Source: Escherichia phage vB_Eco_NicPhage. From it: 64,000 nucleotides of DNA. The translations under genes were made by a program, and so were the position numbers. Location of the stretch: sequence record OY726582. One strand, given 5' to 3'. Under the pieces are notes generated by a model. The model was not told the DNA's origin. It saw only the letters and a list, made by a program, of their open reading frames with translations, and searched no databases. Positions 37,860 through 52,148 of this stretch are shown here, piece by piece. Position 1 is the first letter of the stretch, and each line of letters begins with the position of its first letter.

Positions 37860-38518
37860 TGACTGTACTTAATACAAAGGCGGGAGTTATTTCCCGCCAT
37901 GCTGATTTTTTGAATTACAGAAAAAATCCAGCTCAAATTGATGTTTTAAACAACCAAGCTGTAGGTTCCGTGACTATTTCTCAGTTAGCTCGCGGTTTTT
38001 ATGACGCTAACGTAGAATCTGCAATAAATGATGTCCATAATATGGCACGAGCTGATATTGGTACTGTTGTCACAAACACTTCAGGCATATCGCCTGAAGG
38101 TACAGCACAAGTTGATTATTGGACTTTTTCTGGTGATGTTCTCGACGATACTTTGGCCCCTGGAACGCCGGTCGTTATTAACGTATTTGGACTTGCTGTT
38201 AAAGCAACAATTGGTATGACTGATAACGAATTAACGGCACAAGTTCGTATAGCTTTACAAGAAGCCATTGCTAATCAAATCGCTATTTCTTCTTATAAAG
38301 ACCATCCGTCTGAAGGTAATAAACTTCAGGTGACATATTTAGATAACCAACGTCATGTGTTGCCAACATATGCTTCGTTTGGTGTAACAATTTCGCAAGA
38401 AATTTTGTCTGAAGCAAAATCCGGATACGGAACATGGAATTTATTGGGTGCCCAAACGGTTACTCTTGATAACCATGATACTCCTACCGTTTTCTACCAC
38501 TTTGTGAGAGCCTCATGA
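37859..38518 (+). CDS. 11: baseplate wedge / STF connector gp11
   Basis: Track starts at TTG; ATG ([13 protein letters not shown]) overlaps gp10 stop (TAATG). Confidence 0.9.
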   Translation: MTVLNTKAGVISRHADFLNYRKNPAQIDVLNNQAVGSVTISQLARGFYDANVESAINDVHNMARADIGTVVTNTSGISPEGTAQVDYWTFSGDVLDDTLAPGTPVVINVFGLAVKATIGMTDNELTAQVRIALQEAIANQIAISSYKDHPSEGNKLQVTYLDNQRHVLPTYASFGVTISQEILSEAKSGYGTWNLLGAQTVTLDNHDTPTVFYHFVRAS

Positions 38519-40098
38519 GTAATAACAATACATACCAACACGTTTCAAACGAATCCATTTACGTTGAATTCGACCCTACGGGGTCGAATTTTCCAGACAC
38601 AGTCACTAATGTCCAAGCCGCATTAGCTGCCATTTCTCCTTCAGGTGTTAATGGTGTACCTGAAGCAACAACTACTACACCAGGAATTATTCAAATAGCT
38701 ACTCCACAAGAAGTTATTGATGGATTAGATAATAGTAAAGCTGTTACTCCGGCAACACTGAATGCTCGTCTACAATATCCTAATGCAACTGAAACTCAAT
38801 ATGGCTTAACTCGTTATGCTACTGAAGATGAAGCAGTAACCGGAACTATTGACGATGCATCAATTACTCCGCTTAAATTGAATCAAAAAATAGACAATGT
38901 ATTTCAGACAAAAGTGTCAACAGAAGCAACAAATGGTGTAATTAAAATTTCAACTTCTGCTGCGGCATTAGCTGGTTCTGACGATACAACGGCAATGACC
39001 CCGTTAAAAACACAACAATTAGCAATTAAACTTATTTCACAAATTGCTCCAAATAATAGTGACGCCACCGAATCTATTAGCGGTGTTGTTCGTTTGGCTA
39101 CAGTTGCTCAAGCGCAACAAGGCACCCTTCGTGAAGGCTATGCAATTTCACCTTATACCTTTATGAATTCAGTAGCATCAGAAACTAATAAAGGTGTCGT
39201 TAAACTAGGGACACAGACCGAAGTAAATAGTAACAACTCTTCAGTTGTAGTGACCGGCGCAACATTAAACGGGCGTGGGGCTACAACTTCTTTACGTGGA
39301 GTTGTTCGTTTAACTACACAAGCGGGTAGCCAATCAGGTGGTGATGGTTCTTCTGCCCTTGCTTGGAATGCTGATGTTATCCACCAACGAGGCGGACAAA
39401 CTATTAATGGCACGCTTCGCATTAATAATACGTTGACGGTTGGTTCTGGTGGCGCTAATATAACGGGTAATGTCAATATGACCGGCGGTTATATTCAAGG
39501 CAATCGTATTGTGACTCAAAATGAATTAGACCGAATTCTTCCAGTTGGCGCTATTACAATGTGGGCTGCAGATAGTTTACCGAGTTCTGACTGGCGCTTC
39601 TGTCACGGTGGGACCGTTTCTGCTTCAGAATGTCCGGTATATGCTTCTAGAATTGGGACACGATATGGTGGTAGTTCTTCTAACCCAGGCTTGCCTGATA
39701 TGCGTGGATTATTTGTTCGCGGCTCAGGTCGTGGTAACCATTTAACTAACCCTAATGTTAATGGTAATGACCAATTCGGTAAGCCTCGTCTGGCGGTAGG
39801 TTGTACCGGTGGATATGTCGGTGAAGTGCAAAAACAACAGATGTCGTATCATAAGCATGCTGGTGGTTTTGGCGAACATGACGATTCCGGTGCATTTGGT
39901 AATACTCGTCGTTCAAACTTTGTTGGTACTCGTAAAGGACTTGACTGGGATAACCGTTCATATTTTACTAACGAAGGATATGAAATTGATCCAGCGTCTC
40001 AGCGTAACTCTAAATATACCATGAATCGTCCAGAATTAATTGGAAATGAAACTCGTCCATGGAATATTTCTTTAAACTATATCATTAAGGTAAAATAA
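38515..40098 (+). CDS. 12: short tail fiber gp12
   Basis: 527 aa as T4 gp12; repetitive Gly/Thr-rich shaft. Confidence 0.9.
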   Translation: MSNNNTYQHVSNESIYVEFDPTGSNFPDTVTNVQAALAAISPSGVNGVPEATTTTPGIIQIATPQEVIDGLDNSKAVTPATLNARLQYPNATETQYGLTRYATEDEAVTGTIDDASITPLKLNQKIDNVFQTKVSTEATNGVIKISTSAAALAGSDDTTAMTPLKTQQLAIKLISQIAPNNSDATESISGVVRLATVAQAQQGTLREGYAISPYTFMNSVASETNKGVVKLGTQTEVNSNNSSVVVTGATLNGRGATTSLRGVVRLTTQAGSQSGGDGSSALAWNADVIHQRGGQTINGTLRINNTLTVGSGGANITGNVNMTGGYIQGNRIVTQNELDRILPVGAITMWAADSLPSSDWRFCHGGTVSASECPVYASRIGTRYGGSSSNPGLPDMRGLFVRGSGRGNHLTNPNVNGNDQFGKPRLAVGCTGGYVGEVQKQQMSYHKHAGGFGEHDDSGAFGNTRRSNFVGTRKGLDWDNRSYFTNEGYEIDPASQRNSKYTMNRPELIGNETRPWNISLNYIIKVK

Positions 40099-41546
40099 TG
40101 ACTGATATAACTCTGGTAGATTTACCATATGTTGACGGCCCGCCAGACGCGGGTCAGAGTCGTATTGAATGGATTAAAAACGATGAAGAAATAACAGGTG
40201 CTGACACAAAATACGGTTCTGAAGGTGTAATGAACCGCCCTATTGTTGAAGTTCAACGTAACGTAGAAGCGTTAGATGTTAATATTAAAACTATAGCATC
40301 TTCTTTGAATACGGCCAATGAAGATATCAAAGTTATTCAAGGTATTTTAGATGTTTCTGGGGATGTTGATGCTCTTGCACAGATAGGCCAGAACACCCAA
40401 GATATTGATGTCATTAAAGTCACAGTTCAAACCCATGCTAATGAATTGAATGATTTGAATGAACATATTGATGCGAATACTGATGATATTGGTGTTTATA
40501 ATCAGGAAACAGATTCAGTTTATAGAACGGTTCGTAATGACCTGCTTTGGATTAAAAATGAATTAGGACAATATACTGGTCAAGATATTAATGGGGTTCC
40601 TACTCCAGGAAATGATAGCACTGGTATGAAACGCCGTATTATGACTAATAGCTCCGTAATTGTTGACCACGGTGTTCGATTAACTGATTTAGAAACTAAA
40701 TTTGCTGATTCTGACGTCGGCTCTTTAACTATTGAAGTCGAACACTTGCGCGAAGAAATGGGCCCTCGTACTTCTTTCACTACTCCAGTGTTTAGTCGTC
40801 TTTCCGGTATTGATTTAACTTTGTCGCGTCAAAATGCTGACTTGGATGGCATTAAACAGTCTATTGGGTATCCTAATACGACTTCTATTATTACTACAAC
40901 TAATGCGAATAGTTCAGCAATAAACGACATTAATCTTGAGCTCAATCAATCAGGTGGTATTAAACCTCGTTTGACTACGGTAGAAACTGCCATTGGCGCT
41001 GATGATTTGCCTACTACAATCCAAGGACGTATTAAACTCAATACTGATGCTATCGGAGCATTGAACACTGTTGTCGGCTCTGATTCTTCGTCAGGACTGC
41101 GTTTTAATGTGTCATGGTTAAATAACGTAGTTGGTGTTGACGCTTCAGGTGGGAAACCGGAACCAGACGGCTCTTTGCTTTATCGTACTCGAGAGCTTGA
41201 AGGAACTATCAGTGGGATGAGTAATGACATTCAGAACATTCAAACTGATGTTGGGACTAATAGCACAGGAATTAAGGGTTCTGTAAACACATTAAATACT
41301 CTTATAAATGGCACCAACCCAAATGGTTCGACTGTTGAAGAACGCGGTATATTGCCTACAGTTAAAAGTCATGATATGACAATTAATGGTTTAACTTCTA
41401 GAATTGCTACTCTTGAAACTGATTTGGCCGCTGCAGAAGCTGAAATCCAAACTCTTAAGGACGCTGGATATATTGAAGATGCTCCTTCAGACGGTAAATT
41501 CTATGTTCGCAAAGATGGCGCATGGGTTGAACTTCCTACAGCTTAA
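40098..41546 (+). CDS. wac: fibritin (whisker antigen control)
   Basis: 482 aa coiled-coil; C-terminal foldon GYIEDAPSDGKFYVRKDGAWVELPTA. Confidence 0.95.
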   Translation: MTDITLVDLPYVDGPPDAGQSRIEWIKNDEEITGADTKYGSEGVMNRPIVEVQRNVEALDVNIKTIASSLNTANEDIKVIQGILDVSGDVDALAQIGQNTQDIDVIKVTVQTHANELNDLNEHIDANTDDIGVYNQETDSVYRTVRNDLLWIKNELGQYTGQDINGVPTPGNDSTGMKRRIMTNSSVIVDHGVRLTDLETKFADSDVGSLTIEVEHLREEMGPRTSFTTPVFSRLSGIDLTLSRQNADLDGIKQSIGYPNTTSIITTTNANSSAINDINLELNQSGGIKPRLTTVETAIGADDLPTTIQGRIKLNTDAIGALNTVVGSDSSSGLRFNVSWLNNVVGVDASGGKPEPDGSLLYRTRELEGTISGMSNDIQNIQTDVGTNSTGIKGSVNTLNTLINGTNPNGSTVEERGILPTVKSHDMTINGLTSRIATLETDLAAAEAEIQTLKDAGYIEDAPSDGKFYVRKDGAWVELPTA

Positions 41547-41552
41547 TGAAAA

Positions 41553-41566
41553 GGGCCTTCGGGCCC
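41553..41566 (+). other. UUCG-tetraloop hairpin after wac (transcript 3' stability element)
   Basis: GGGCC-TTCG-GGCCC without U-tract; similar hairpins after genes 18, 19 and uvsW. Confidence 0.4.
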
Positions 41567-41578
41567 TAAAGGATTTAT

Positions 41579-42505
41579 ATGTCAGGTTATAATGCACAAA
41601 ACCCTAAAGAATTAAAGGATGTAATATTACGTCGTTTAGGCGCTCCTATTGTAAATGTTGAATTAACTACGGACCAAATTTATGATTGTATTTCACGAGC
41701 GTTAGAACTTTATGGCGAATACCATTTTGACGGGTTGAATAAAGGTTTCCATGTATTTTTTGTTGATGACGAAGAAAAATACCGTCACGGCGTATTTGAT
41801 ATGCGTGGTTCTAACGTATTTGCCGTAACAAGAATTATAAGAACAAATGTTGGCTCTATTACTTCAATGGATGGTAATGCAACTTATCCATGGTTCACCG
41901 ATTTCCTTTTAGGAATGGCTGGTGTTTCAGGTGGTATGGGTAGTAATTGTGGTAAATTCTACGGCCCAAACGCTTTTGGCGCTGACCTCGGGTATTATTC
42001 TCAATTAGTATCTTATATGGGTATGCTTCAAGATATGATTGCTCCTCTTCCAGATTTTTGGTTTAACTCTGCAAACGAGCAATTAAAAGTAATGGGTAAC
42101 TTTAGACAGAAAGATGTCATTATCGTTGAATCGTATGTTCGCTCTTATATCGAGACCCATAAGATGGTAGGAAATACAGTAGGGTACGGTCAGGTTGGTC
42201 CTCGTGATTCATGGTCTATTTCTGAACGTTATGATAATCCAGACCATAATTTGGTAGGACGTCGAGTTGGTGAAGATCCTGCAACTAAACAAGGCGCATA
42301 TAACAACCGCTGGGTTAAAGATTATGCAACTGCATTAGCTAAAGAGCTTAATGGACAAATTCTTGCTAAACATCAAGGTATGATGTTACCTGGTGGCGTC
42401 ACTGTTGATGGTGTTCGATTAATTGAAGAAGCTCGTTTAGAGAAAGAAGCTTTACGAGAAGAGTTATATTTACTGGACCCTCCTGCAGGTATTTTGGTAG
42501 GTTAA
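41579..42505 (+). CDS. 13: neck protein gp13
   Basis: 308 aa; synteny. Confidence 0.9.
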   Translation: MSGYNAQNPKELKDVILRRLGAPIVNVELTTDQIYDCISRALELYGEYHFDGLNKGFHVFFVDDEEKYRHGVFDMRGSNVFAVTRIIRTNVGSITSMDGNATYPWFTDFLLGMAGVSGGMGSNCGKFYGPNAFGADLGYYSQLVSYMGMLQDMIAPLPDFWFNSANEQLKVMGNFRQKDVIIVESYVRSYIETHKMVGNTVGYGQVGPRDSWSISERYDNPDHNLVGRRVGEDPATKQGAYNNRWVKDYATALAKELNGQILAKHQGMMLPGGVTVDGVRLIEEARLEKEALREELYLLDPPAGILVG

Positions 42506-42506
42506 T

Positions 42507-43142
42507 ATGGCAACATACTACAGATTGTATATTACAACATTTGAAACATCCACCGGTATAAAGATTTATGGTGGTAAACACAAATCAGTTTACGAAGACC
42601 CTTCAAAAGACCCTTATACTGGGTCTGGTACCTTTATACGAAGGGCCAAAAGAAAATACGGTCCGTCTTGTATAAAAGAAATTATATGGTCTAAGCCATT
42701 TGAATCTAAAGCTCTAATGGACGAAGCTGAAGAGTTACTGGTAGATGAATTATCCATTTTAGAAAATTGCGCAAATCTTGTTAAAGGTGGTGCAGGCGGA
42801 AGGTCGTATATTAACCCAGAAGATAATCCATCTATAGGACAAAAACGTTCAGCCCAATCTAAAAAGAAAATGTCTGACGCCGCAAAATCAAGAAAATGGA
42901 CTGAAGAAGGGTTAAGAAAACGTAAAGAATCTACAGCAAGAATGTGGAAAGATTTCAAACATAGACATCCTGATTTTTCTGGTTCAAAAAATCCGGCAGC
43001 TCGAAAAGTTAGTGTAAATGGTAAAATATTTAACACCTGCAAAGAATGTGGTGAAGAATTTAATATCACATCAAGCGCGGTTATAGGCCGATGCAAAAAC
43101 AACAAACCTAAATGGGCAGGATGGAATTATGTCGACGTATAA
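42507..43142 (+). CDS. GIY-YIG family homing endonuclease (Seg-like), inserted between genes 13 and 14
   Basis: 211 aa; N-terminal YRLYITTF...GIKIYGGKH resembles the GIY-YIG module; basic C-terminal region with CKECG; ATG 2 nt after gp13 stop; 3' end overlaps gp14 start. Confidence 0.65.
   Translation: MATYYRLYITTFETSTGIKIYGGKHKSVYEDPSKDPYTGSGTFIRRAKRKYGPSCIKEIIWSKPFESKALMDEAEELLVDELSILENCANLVKGGAGGRSYINPEDNPSIGQKRSAQSKKKMSDAAKSRKWTEEGLRKRKESTARMWKDFKHRHPDFSGSKNPAARKVSVNGKIFNTCKECGEEFNITSSAVIGRCKNNKPKWAGWNYVDV
42507..43142 (+). mobile_element. freestanding homing endonuclease gene (HEG) insertion
   Basis: Extra ORF relative to T4, where 13 and 14 are adjacent; GIY-YIG-like N-terminus. Confidence 0.55.
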
Positions 43143-43893
43143 TTCAAATTTATTTGCAAAGTTAGAAAACCGAGAAGGCTATTCTAAAACTAATGAAACC
43201 GAGATTTTAAACAAATACGTGAACTTCAACAAATACGAAAATAGTCAAACCCTAGCTGATGTGTTAGTAGCAGAAAGCATACAGATGCGCGGTATTGAAT
43301 GTTTTTATGTTCCACGTGAATATGTTGCCGTGGACCTTATCTTTGGTGAGGACCTTAAAAATAAATTTACTAAAGCATGGAAATTTGCTGCATATCTGAA
43401 CTCTTTTGAAGGTTATGAAGGAGCGAAATCGTTCTTCAGCAACTTCGGAATGCAAGTTCAAGACGAAGTTACATTATCTATTAACCCAGGTCTTTTCAAA
43501 CACCAGGTCAACAATCAGGAGCCTAAGGAAGGTGATTTAATATACTTCCCAATGGACAACAGTTTGTTTGAGATTAACTGGGTTGAACCATATGACCCAT
43601 TCTATCAAGTAGGTAAAAATGCGATTCGTAAAATTACTGCAGGCAAGTTTATTTACTCTGGCGAAGAAATCAATCCGGTGCTTCAGAAAAATGAAGGTAT
43701 CAATATACCTGAATTTAGTGACTTGGAACTTAACCCTGTTAGAAATCTTGACGGTATCCATGACATTAATATCGATGAATATTCTGAAGTTGAGCAAATC
43801 AATTCAGAGGCAAGTGAATACGTTGAGCCGTATGTAGTAGTTAACAACCGTGGTAGACAAAATTCACCATTTGACGATGGGTTTATGAATTAA
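43129..43893 (+). CDS. 14: neck protein gp14
   Basis: 254 aa; synteny. Confidence 0.9.
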   Translation: MSTYNSNLFAKLENREGYSKTNETEILNKYVNFNKYENSQTLADVLVAESIQMRGIECFYVPREYVAVDLIFGEDLKNKFTKAWKFAAYLNSFEGYEGAKSFFSNFGMQVQDEVTLSINPGLFKHQVNNQEPKEGDLIYFPMDNSLFEINWVEPYDPFYQVGKNAIRKITAGKFIYSGEEINPVLQKNEGINIPEFSDLELNPVRNLDGIHDINIDEYSEVEQINSEASEYVEPYVVVNNRGRQNSPFDDGFMN

Positions 43894-43942
43894 TAAATAG
43901 ATAAGATAAAGCAAACACCGGTCGAAAGGCCGGTTAGGAGAA

Positions 43943-44894
43943 ATGATGTTTGGTTATTTTTACAACTCGTCGTTCAGGCGATATATCACAATGATGGGCG
44001 ATTTGTTTTCAAATATCCAAGTTAACCGTCAATTGTCTACAGGCAATAAATTAATTAGAGTTCCTATTACGTATGCATCTAAAGAGCACTTTATGATGAA
44101 ACTTAATAAATGGACCTCTATAAACTCACAAGAAGATGTGGCTAAAGTCGAAACTATTCTACCACGTATAAATCTCCAAATGGTGGATTTCGTTTATAAC
44201 CCAACGTTTAAAACGAATATATTGAATAACTCTCTTTTGAGTAAATCGACTAAGGATATTGTAGACCAATACAACCCATCACCAATTAAAATGATTTTTG
44301 AACTGAGCATCTTTACTCGTTATGAAGATGATATGTTCCAAATCGTTGAGCAAATTATTCCATATTTTCAGCCGCATTTTAATACGACTATGATTGAGCA
44401 ATATGGGCAGGATATTCCATTTGAAAGGGATATTAAAGTCGTATGGATGGCAGCAGCAATGGATGAACAAATAGACGGTGATAATTTATCTCGTCGACGT
44501 TTAGAGTGGTCATTAACATTTGAAGTAAATGGATGGATGTATCCTCCGGTAGGCGCAGCTGAAGGCCTTATTAAAACGACTTATCTTGATTTTCATGCTA
44601 AACGGTGATAATTTATCTCGTCGACGTTTAGAGTGGTCATTAACATTTGAAGTAAATGGATGGATGTATCCTCCGGTAGGCGCAGCTGAAGGCCTTATTA
44701 AAACGACTTATCTTGATTTTCATGCTAATGAACGAGACCTTCAAACAGCCGCCAGTGTTTTTGAATCAGTTGATACAGAAATTAAACCGAGAGACGTTGA
44801 AGCACAAGATTGGAATGGTGAAGTTGAACAAACTTATACTCATGATATTCCAATCCCGTCTCCACCAACCCCTCCTGGTCCTAGAAAACAATAA
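43943..44894 (+). pseudogene. 15: gene 15 (tail sheath stabiliser / tail terminator) split by a 127-bp tandem duplication; frames 43943..44608 and 44586..44894
   Basis: The peptide GDNLSRRRLEWSLTFEVNGWMYPPVGAAEGLIKTTYLDFHA occurs at the end of one track ORF and the start of the next in a different frame; removing one copy restores a single ORF of about 274 aa (T4 gp15 about 272 aa). Confidence 0.75.
44475..44728 (+). repeat. perfect tandem direct duplication, 2 x 127 bp, inside gene 15
   Basis: 44475..44601 is identical to 44602..44728 by direct reading; unit length is not a multiple of 3. Confidence 0.9.
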
Positions 44895-44903
44895 GAGGTA
44901 AAT

Positions 44904-47220
<2,317 letters not shown>

Positions 47221-47247
47221 AAATAAAGCAAATTAAGAGGAATTAAA

Positions 47248-49230
47248 ATGTCACTTCTCTCTCCGGGCGTTGAGCTCAAAGAAACTACCGTACAGAGTAC
47301 TGTAGTTAATAACTCCACTGGTACTGCTGCCCTGGCTGGAAAATTCCAATGGGGACCTGCATTCCAGATTAAACAAATCACTGATGAAGTTGCATTAGTT
47401 GATATGTTTGGTACTCCTAATACGGATACAGCAGATTATTTCATGTCTGCTATGAACTTCCTTCAATATGGTAATGACCTTCGTGTTGTACGCGCAGTTG
47501 ACCGTGATACTGCTAAGAACTCATCTCCTGTAGCGGGCAATATTGAATTCACAATCTCTGCTGCTGGTAGTAACTATGCAGTTGGTGATAAAATTATCGT
47601 TAAGTATTTGACCGAAACTGTTGAAGCAGATGGTTATGTCACTTCAGTTGATGTCGATGGTAAAATTCTTAACATTTATATCCCAACCGGTAAAATTATT
47701 GCTCGTGCAAAAGAAATTAATGAATATCCGGCATTGGGTTCTAACTGGACCGCCGAAGTTGCCAGTTCTTCTTCTGGACTCTCTGGCGTTATTACAATTG
47801 GTTCTATCGTAACCGATTCGGGTATTCTGTTAACTGAAGTTGAAACTTCTGAAGAAGCTATTACTTCTCTAACTTTCCAAGAATCTATTAAAAAATATGG
47901 TGTCCCAGGCGTAGTTGCTCTTTATCCTGGTGAACTTGGCGACCAGCTCGAAATTGAAATCGTATCTAAAGCAGACTACGACAAAGGTGCTTCAGCCCAG
48001 TTAAAAATTTATCCTGATGGTGGTACTCGTGCATCTACTGCTAAAGCAATCTTTGGGTATGGCCCACAAACTGATGACCAATATGCAATTATCGTTCGTC
48101 GTAACGATGCTGTAGTTCAGAGCGTAGTTCTTTCTACTAAACGTGGTGAACGCGATATTTATGGTAGTAATATCTTTATTGATGATTTCTTTGCTAAAGG
48201 CGCAAGCAATTATATTTTCGCTACTGCACAAGGTTGGCCAAAAGGTTTCTCTGGCGTAATCAAACTGGGCGGTGGTTTATCATCTAATGAAACGGTTGAC
48301 GCTGGTGATTTAATGGAAGCTTGGGATTTGTTTGCTGACCGCGAATCTGTTAATGCGCAGTTGTTTATTGCCGGTTCTTGTGCAGGTGAATCTTTAGAAG
48401 TTGCTTCTACAGTTCAGAAACATGTTGTAGCAATTGGTGATTCTCGCCAAGATTGCTTGGTTCTTTGCTCACCGCCACGTGCAACTATAGTCGGTATTCC
48501 TGTTAATCGTGCAGTTGATAATCTGGTTGATTGGCGTACTGCATCAGGATCTTACACTGATAATAACTTTAATGTAAGTTCTACTTATGCTGCTATTGAC
48601 GGTAACTATAAATATCAATACGACAAATATAACGATGTGAATCGTTGGGTTCCGTTAGCTGCTGATATTGCCGGTCTTTGTGCTCGCACAGACAATATTT
48701 CTCAGCCTTGGATGTCTCCGGCCGGTTATAACCGTGGACAAATTCTTAACGTTATTAAGCTTGCAATTGAAACTCGTCAACCACAACGTGATCGTTTGTA
48801 TCAGGAAGCTATTAACCCTGTTACTGGTACCGGTGGTGATGGATATGTTCTGTATGGTGATAAAACTGCCACTTCCGTTCCTTCACCATTTGACCGTATT
48901 AACGTTCGTCGTTTGTTCAATATGGTTAAAACGAACATTGGTTCAGCATCTAAATATCGCCTGTTTGAATTGAACAACGCATTTACCCGTTCTTCTTTCC
49001 GTACAGAGACTTCTCAATATCTACAGGGTATTAAAGCTCTCGGTGGTGTATATAACTTTAAAGTTGTTTGTGATACTACCAATAACACCCCAGCAGTTAT
49101 CGACCGTAATGAATTTGTAGCTACTTTCTACTTACAACCTGCCCGCTCGATAAATTATATTACGTTGAACTTTGTAGCAACAGCAACTGGTGCCGATTTC
49201 GACGAACTAATTGGTGCTGTAGGTGGCTAA
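47248..49230 (+). CDS. 18: tail sheath protein gp18
   Basis: 660 aa; late promoter and SD AAGAGG upstream. Confidence 0.95.
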   Translation: MSLLSPGVELKETTVQSTVVNNSTGTAALAGKFQWGPAFQIKQITDEVALVDMFGTPNTDTADYFMSAMNFLQYGNDLRVVRAVDRDTAKNSSPVAGNIEFTISAAGSNYAVGDKIIVKYLTETVEADGYVTSVDVDGKILNIYIPTGKIIARAKEINEYPALGSNWTAEVASSSSGLSGVITIGSIVTDSGILLTEVETSEEAITSLTFQESIKKYGVPGVVALYPGELGDQLEIEIVSKADYDKGASAQLKIYPDGGTRASTAKAIFGYGPQTDDQYAIIVRRNDAVVQSVVLSTKRGERDIYGSNIFIDDFFAKGASNYIFATAQGWPKGFSGVIKLGGGLSSNETVDAGDLMEAWDLFADRESVNAQLFIAGSCAGESLEVASTVQKHVVAIGDSRQDCLVLCSPPRATIVGIPVNRAVDNLVDWRTASGSYTDNNFNVSSTYAAIDGNYKYQYDKYNDVNRWVPLAADIAGLCARTDNISQPWMSPAGYNRGQILNVIKLAIETRQPQRDRLYQEAINPVTGTGGDGYVLYGDKTATSVPSPFDRINVRRLFNMVKTNIGSASKYRLFELNNAFTRSSFRTETSQYLQGIKALGGVYNFKVVCDTTNNTPAVIDRNEFVATFYLQPARSINYITLNFVATATGADFDELIGAVGG

Positions 49231-49262
49231 TAAGACGCCTGATGGGCTATTTCGGTAGCCCA

Positions 49263-49270
49263 TATAAATA
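49263..49270 (+). promoter_or_regulatory. late promoter TATAAATA (gene 19)
   Basis: Exact consensus following hairpin after gene 18. Confidence 0.7.
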
Positions 49271-49342
49271 TACTATATCGTTTAAAAATTAATTCTATGG
49301 GCATCAGGTTAATCCTAAGCCCATATTACTACAGAGGCTAAT

Positions 49343-49834
49343 ATGTTTGTAGATGACGTAACTCGTGCCTTCGAATCAGGTGATTTCGCTCGCCCTAACC
49401 TGTTCGAAGTAGAAATCTCTTATCTTGGGCAAAACTTTAGCTTCCAGTGTCGTGCTACGGCTCTTCCTGCTGCGATTGTTGAAAAGGTTCCTGTTTCTTA
49501 TATGAACCGTAAAATTAACGTGGCCGGTGATCGTACATTCGATGATTGGACTATTACAGTAATGAACGATGATGCTCATAGCATTCGTCAGAAATTTGTT
49601 GATTGGCAAGGTATTGCAGCAGGACAAGGTAATGAAATTACCGGTGGTAAACCTGCTGAATATAAAAAGTCTGCTATCGTTCGTCAATTTGCCCGTGATG
49701 CTAAAACGGTCACTAAAGAAGTTGAAATTGTCGGCTTGTGGCCTACTAACGTTGGCGAAGTATCTCTTGACTGGGACAGCAATAACGAGATTGAAACGTT
49801 CGAAGTAACTCTTGCTCTTGATTGGTGGGAATAA
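49343..49834 (+). CDS. 19: tail tube protein gp19
   Basis: 163 aa as T4 gp19; late promoter upstream. Confidence 0.95.
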   Translation: MFVDDVTRAFESGDFARPNLFEVEISYLGQNFSFQCRATALPAAIVEKVPVSYMNRKINVAGDRTFDDWTITVMNDDAHSIRQKFVDWQGIAAGQGNEITGGKPAEYKKSAIVRQFARDAKTVTKEVEIVGLWPTNVGEVSLDWDSNNEIETFEVTLALDWWE

Positions 49835-49882
49835 TCTGGTTGGGGAGAAATCCCCAGCTTCCCGTGATGACGGAGAAGTCCA

Positions 49883-49890
49883 TATAAATA
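49883..49890 (+). promoter_or_regulatory. late promoter TATAAATA (gene 20)
   Basis: Exact consensus upstream of portal gene. Confidence 0.7.
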
Positions 49891-49918
49891 TAACTATAAT
49901 TCCCATTCGGAGAATACA

Positions 49919-51490
49919 ATGAAATTTAATATCTTAAGTTTGTTTGCTCCATGGGCAAAAATGGACGAACGTGATTACAAAGACCAAGAAAAAGAAAATT
50001 TAGAATCTATCACCGCACCAAAATTAGACGACGGCGCTAAAGAATACGAAGTATCTGAAAATGAAGCACAGCAAACATATAATGCTATGTTTCAGAGAAT
50101 GTTCGGTAGTCAAGAACCAGGGCTCAAATCAACCCGTGAATTAATCGATACGTATCGAAATTTGATGACGAACTATGAAGTGGATAATGCAGTCTCTGAA
50201 ATAGTTTCCGATGCTATCGTGTATGAAGATGATACAGAAGTCGTTTCTATAAATTTAGACAACACAAAATTTAGTCCAAATATCAAATCAATGATGTTGG
50301 ATGAATTTAACGAAGTGTTAAATCATTTATCTTTCCAACGTAAAGGTTCAGATCATTTTAGACGTTGGTATGTAGATTCTCGAATTTTCTTCCATAAAAT
50401 TATTGACCCTAAACGCCCTAAAGAAGGTATTAAAGAGCTTCGTCGTTTAGATCCACGTCAAGTTCAATATGTCCGTGAAGTTATTACAACCACTGAAGCC
50501 GGTGTTAAAATAGTCAAGGGTTATAAAGAATATTTCATTTATGACACATCACACGAATCTTACGCTTGTGATGGTCGCATATATGAAGCTGGCACAAAAA
50601 TAAAAATCCCTAAAGCCGCGATTGTTTATGCCCATTCTGGTTTAGTTGATTGTTGTGGTAAAAATATCATTGGTTATTTGCATCGGGCTATTAAGCCGGC
50701 GAACCAATTAAAACTTCTTGAAGATGCCGTCGTAATTTATCGTATTACTCGTGCTCCTGATCGTCGTGTATGGTACGTTGATACAGGTAATATGCCTTCA
50801 AGAAAAGCAGCAGAACATATGCAACATGTTATGAATACGATGAAAAACCGTATTGCATATGATGCTACTACAGGCAAGATTAAAAACCAGCAGCATATTA
50901 TGTCGATGACCGAAGATTATTGGTTACAACGACGTGATGGTAAAGCAGTAACAGAAGTTGATACATTACCAGGTGCAGATAATACCGGAAATATGGAAGA
51001 TGTACGTTGGTTCCGTAATGCGCTTTATATGGCTTTACGTATTCCTATTACCCGTATTCCAAGTGACCAAGGTGGTATACAGTTTGATGCTGGTACTTCT
51101 ATTACACGAGATGAATTATCATTTGGTAAATTTATTCGTGAGCTGCAACATAAATTTGAAGAGATATTCCTAGACCCGCTTAAAACTAATTTAATTCTTA
51201 AAGGAATTATTACAGAAGATGAGTGGAATGATGAAATAAATAATATTAAGATAAAATTTCATCGGGATAGTTATTTCTCGGAATTAAAGGATGCTGAGAT
51301 TCTGGAGCGTCGCATTAATATGCTTCAGATGGCCGAACCATTTATTGGTAAATATATTTCTCACAGAACAGCTATGAAAGATATTCTTCAGATGTCTGAC
51401 GAGGAAATTGAACAAGAGGCTAAGCAAATTGAAGAAGAGTCGAAAGAGGCTCGTTTCCAAGACCCCGACCAAGAACAAGAGGATTTTTAA
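49919..51490 (+). CDS. 20: portal vertex protein gp20
   Basis: 523 aa; late promoter upstream. Confidence 0.95.
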   Translation: MKFNILSLFAPWAKMDERDYKDQEKENLESITAPKLDDGAKEYEVSENEAQQTYNAMFQRMFGSQEPGLKSTRELIDTYRNLMTNYEVDNAVSEIVSDAIVYEDDTEVVSINLDNTKFSPNIKSMMLDEFNEVLNHLSFQRKGSDHFRRWYVDSRIFFHKIIDPKRPKEGIKELRRLDPRQVQYVREVITTTEAGVKIVKGYKEYFIYDTSHESYACDGRIYEAGTKIKIPKAAIVYAHSGLVDCCGKNIIGYLHRAIKPANQLKLLEDAVVIYRITRAPDRRVWYVDTGNMPSRKAAEHMQHVMNTMKNRIAYDATTGKIKNQQHIMSMTEDYWLQRRDGKAVTEVDTLPGADNTGNMEDVRWFRNALYMALRIPITRIPSDQGGIQFDAGTSITRDELSFGKFIRELQHKFEEIFLDPLKTNLILKGIITEDEWNDEINNIKIKFHRDSYFSELKDAEILERRINMLQMAEPFIGKYISHRTAMKDILQMSDEEIEQEAKQIEEESKEARFQDPDQEQEDF

Positions 51491-51723
51491 TGGACGATTT
51501 AATTCAAGCTATTAAATCAAACGACCTCGTTGCTACTCGAAAGTTTTTTGAAAGTGCAATGGCAGAAAAAACGGTTCGTTTGATTGAAGCACGCAAAGCA
51601 GAAATCGCGTCTCAATTTTTGATTGAAGGCGAAGAACCTGAAGAAGAAGAAAAGAAAGCTTCGGAAGACGACGCTGATGAAGGCGATGACGACGAAGACG
51701 AAGATGATGAGGACGATGAATAA
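51490..51723 (+). CDS. 67: prohead core protein gp67
   Basis: 77 aa with poly-acidic C-terminus; synteny. Confidence 0.85.
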   Translation: MDDLIQAIKSNDLVATRKFFESAMAEKTVRLIEARKAEIASQFLIEGEEPEEEEKKASEDDADEGDDDEDEDDEDDE

Positions 51724-52148
51724 TGTATCTTATCCCTGAATCTTATGAATTGGTACTCGAAAATGTCGAAGCACTTATTCCTGAAGCACAGGGCCGAATC
51801 GATGCATTGTCTTCTGCTCTCGATATTGACGATATAAATACTATTATCGAGAACATGCTTGAAACTGAAACGGATTTAGCTGTTGCAATGGCTTCCATTA
51901 TTAATGAAGAACAGTTAAATGAGTTTATCGTTAAACATGTTTCTTCTCGTGGTGAAGTCACCCGCACTAAAGACCGTAAAACTCGTGAACGTAACGCGTT
52001 CCAAACAACCGGACTTTCTAAAGCAAAACGTAGACAAATCGCTCGTAAGGTCGTTAAAGCTAAAAAAGCTAACCCTTCAGGCCAAGTTAAAGGCTTGCGT
52101 AGGCGTAAAAAGGCTCTTAAACGTCGTAAAGCATTAGGATTAAGCTAA
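51723..52148 (+). CDS. 68: prohead core protein gp68
   Basis: 141 aa; basic C-terminus; synteny. Confidence 0.85.
   Translation: MYLIPESYELVLENVEALIPEAQGRIDALSSALDIDDINTIIENMLETETDLAVAMASIINEEQLNEFIVKHVSSRGEVTRTKDRKTRERNAFQTTGLSKAKRRQIARKVVKAKKANPSGQVKGLRRRKKALKRRKALGLS

Noticed and set aside
44586-44894. Track ORF called as an independent 102-aa gene
   Set aside because: It is the out-of-frame continuation of gene 15 created by the 127-bp duplication; its Met is internal and lacks an RBS.
49376-49906. Minus-strand 176-aa ORF over gene 19
   Set aside because: Fully antisense to tail tube gene 19, which has a late promoter and conserved size.
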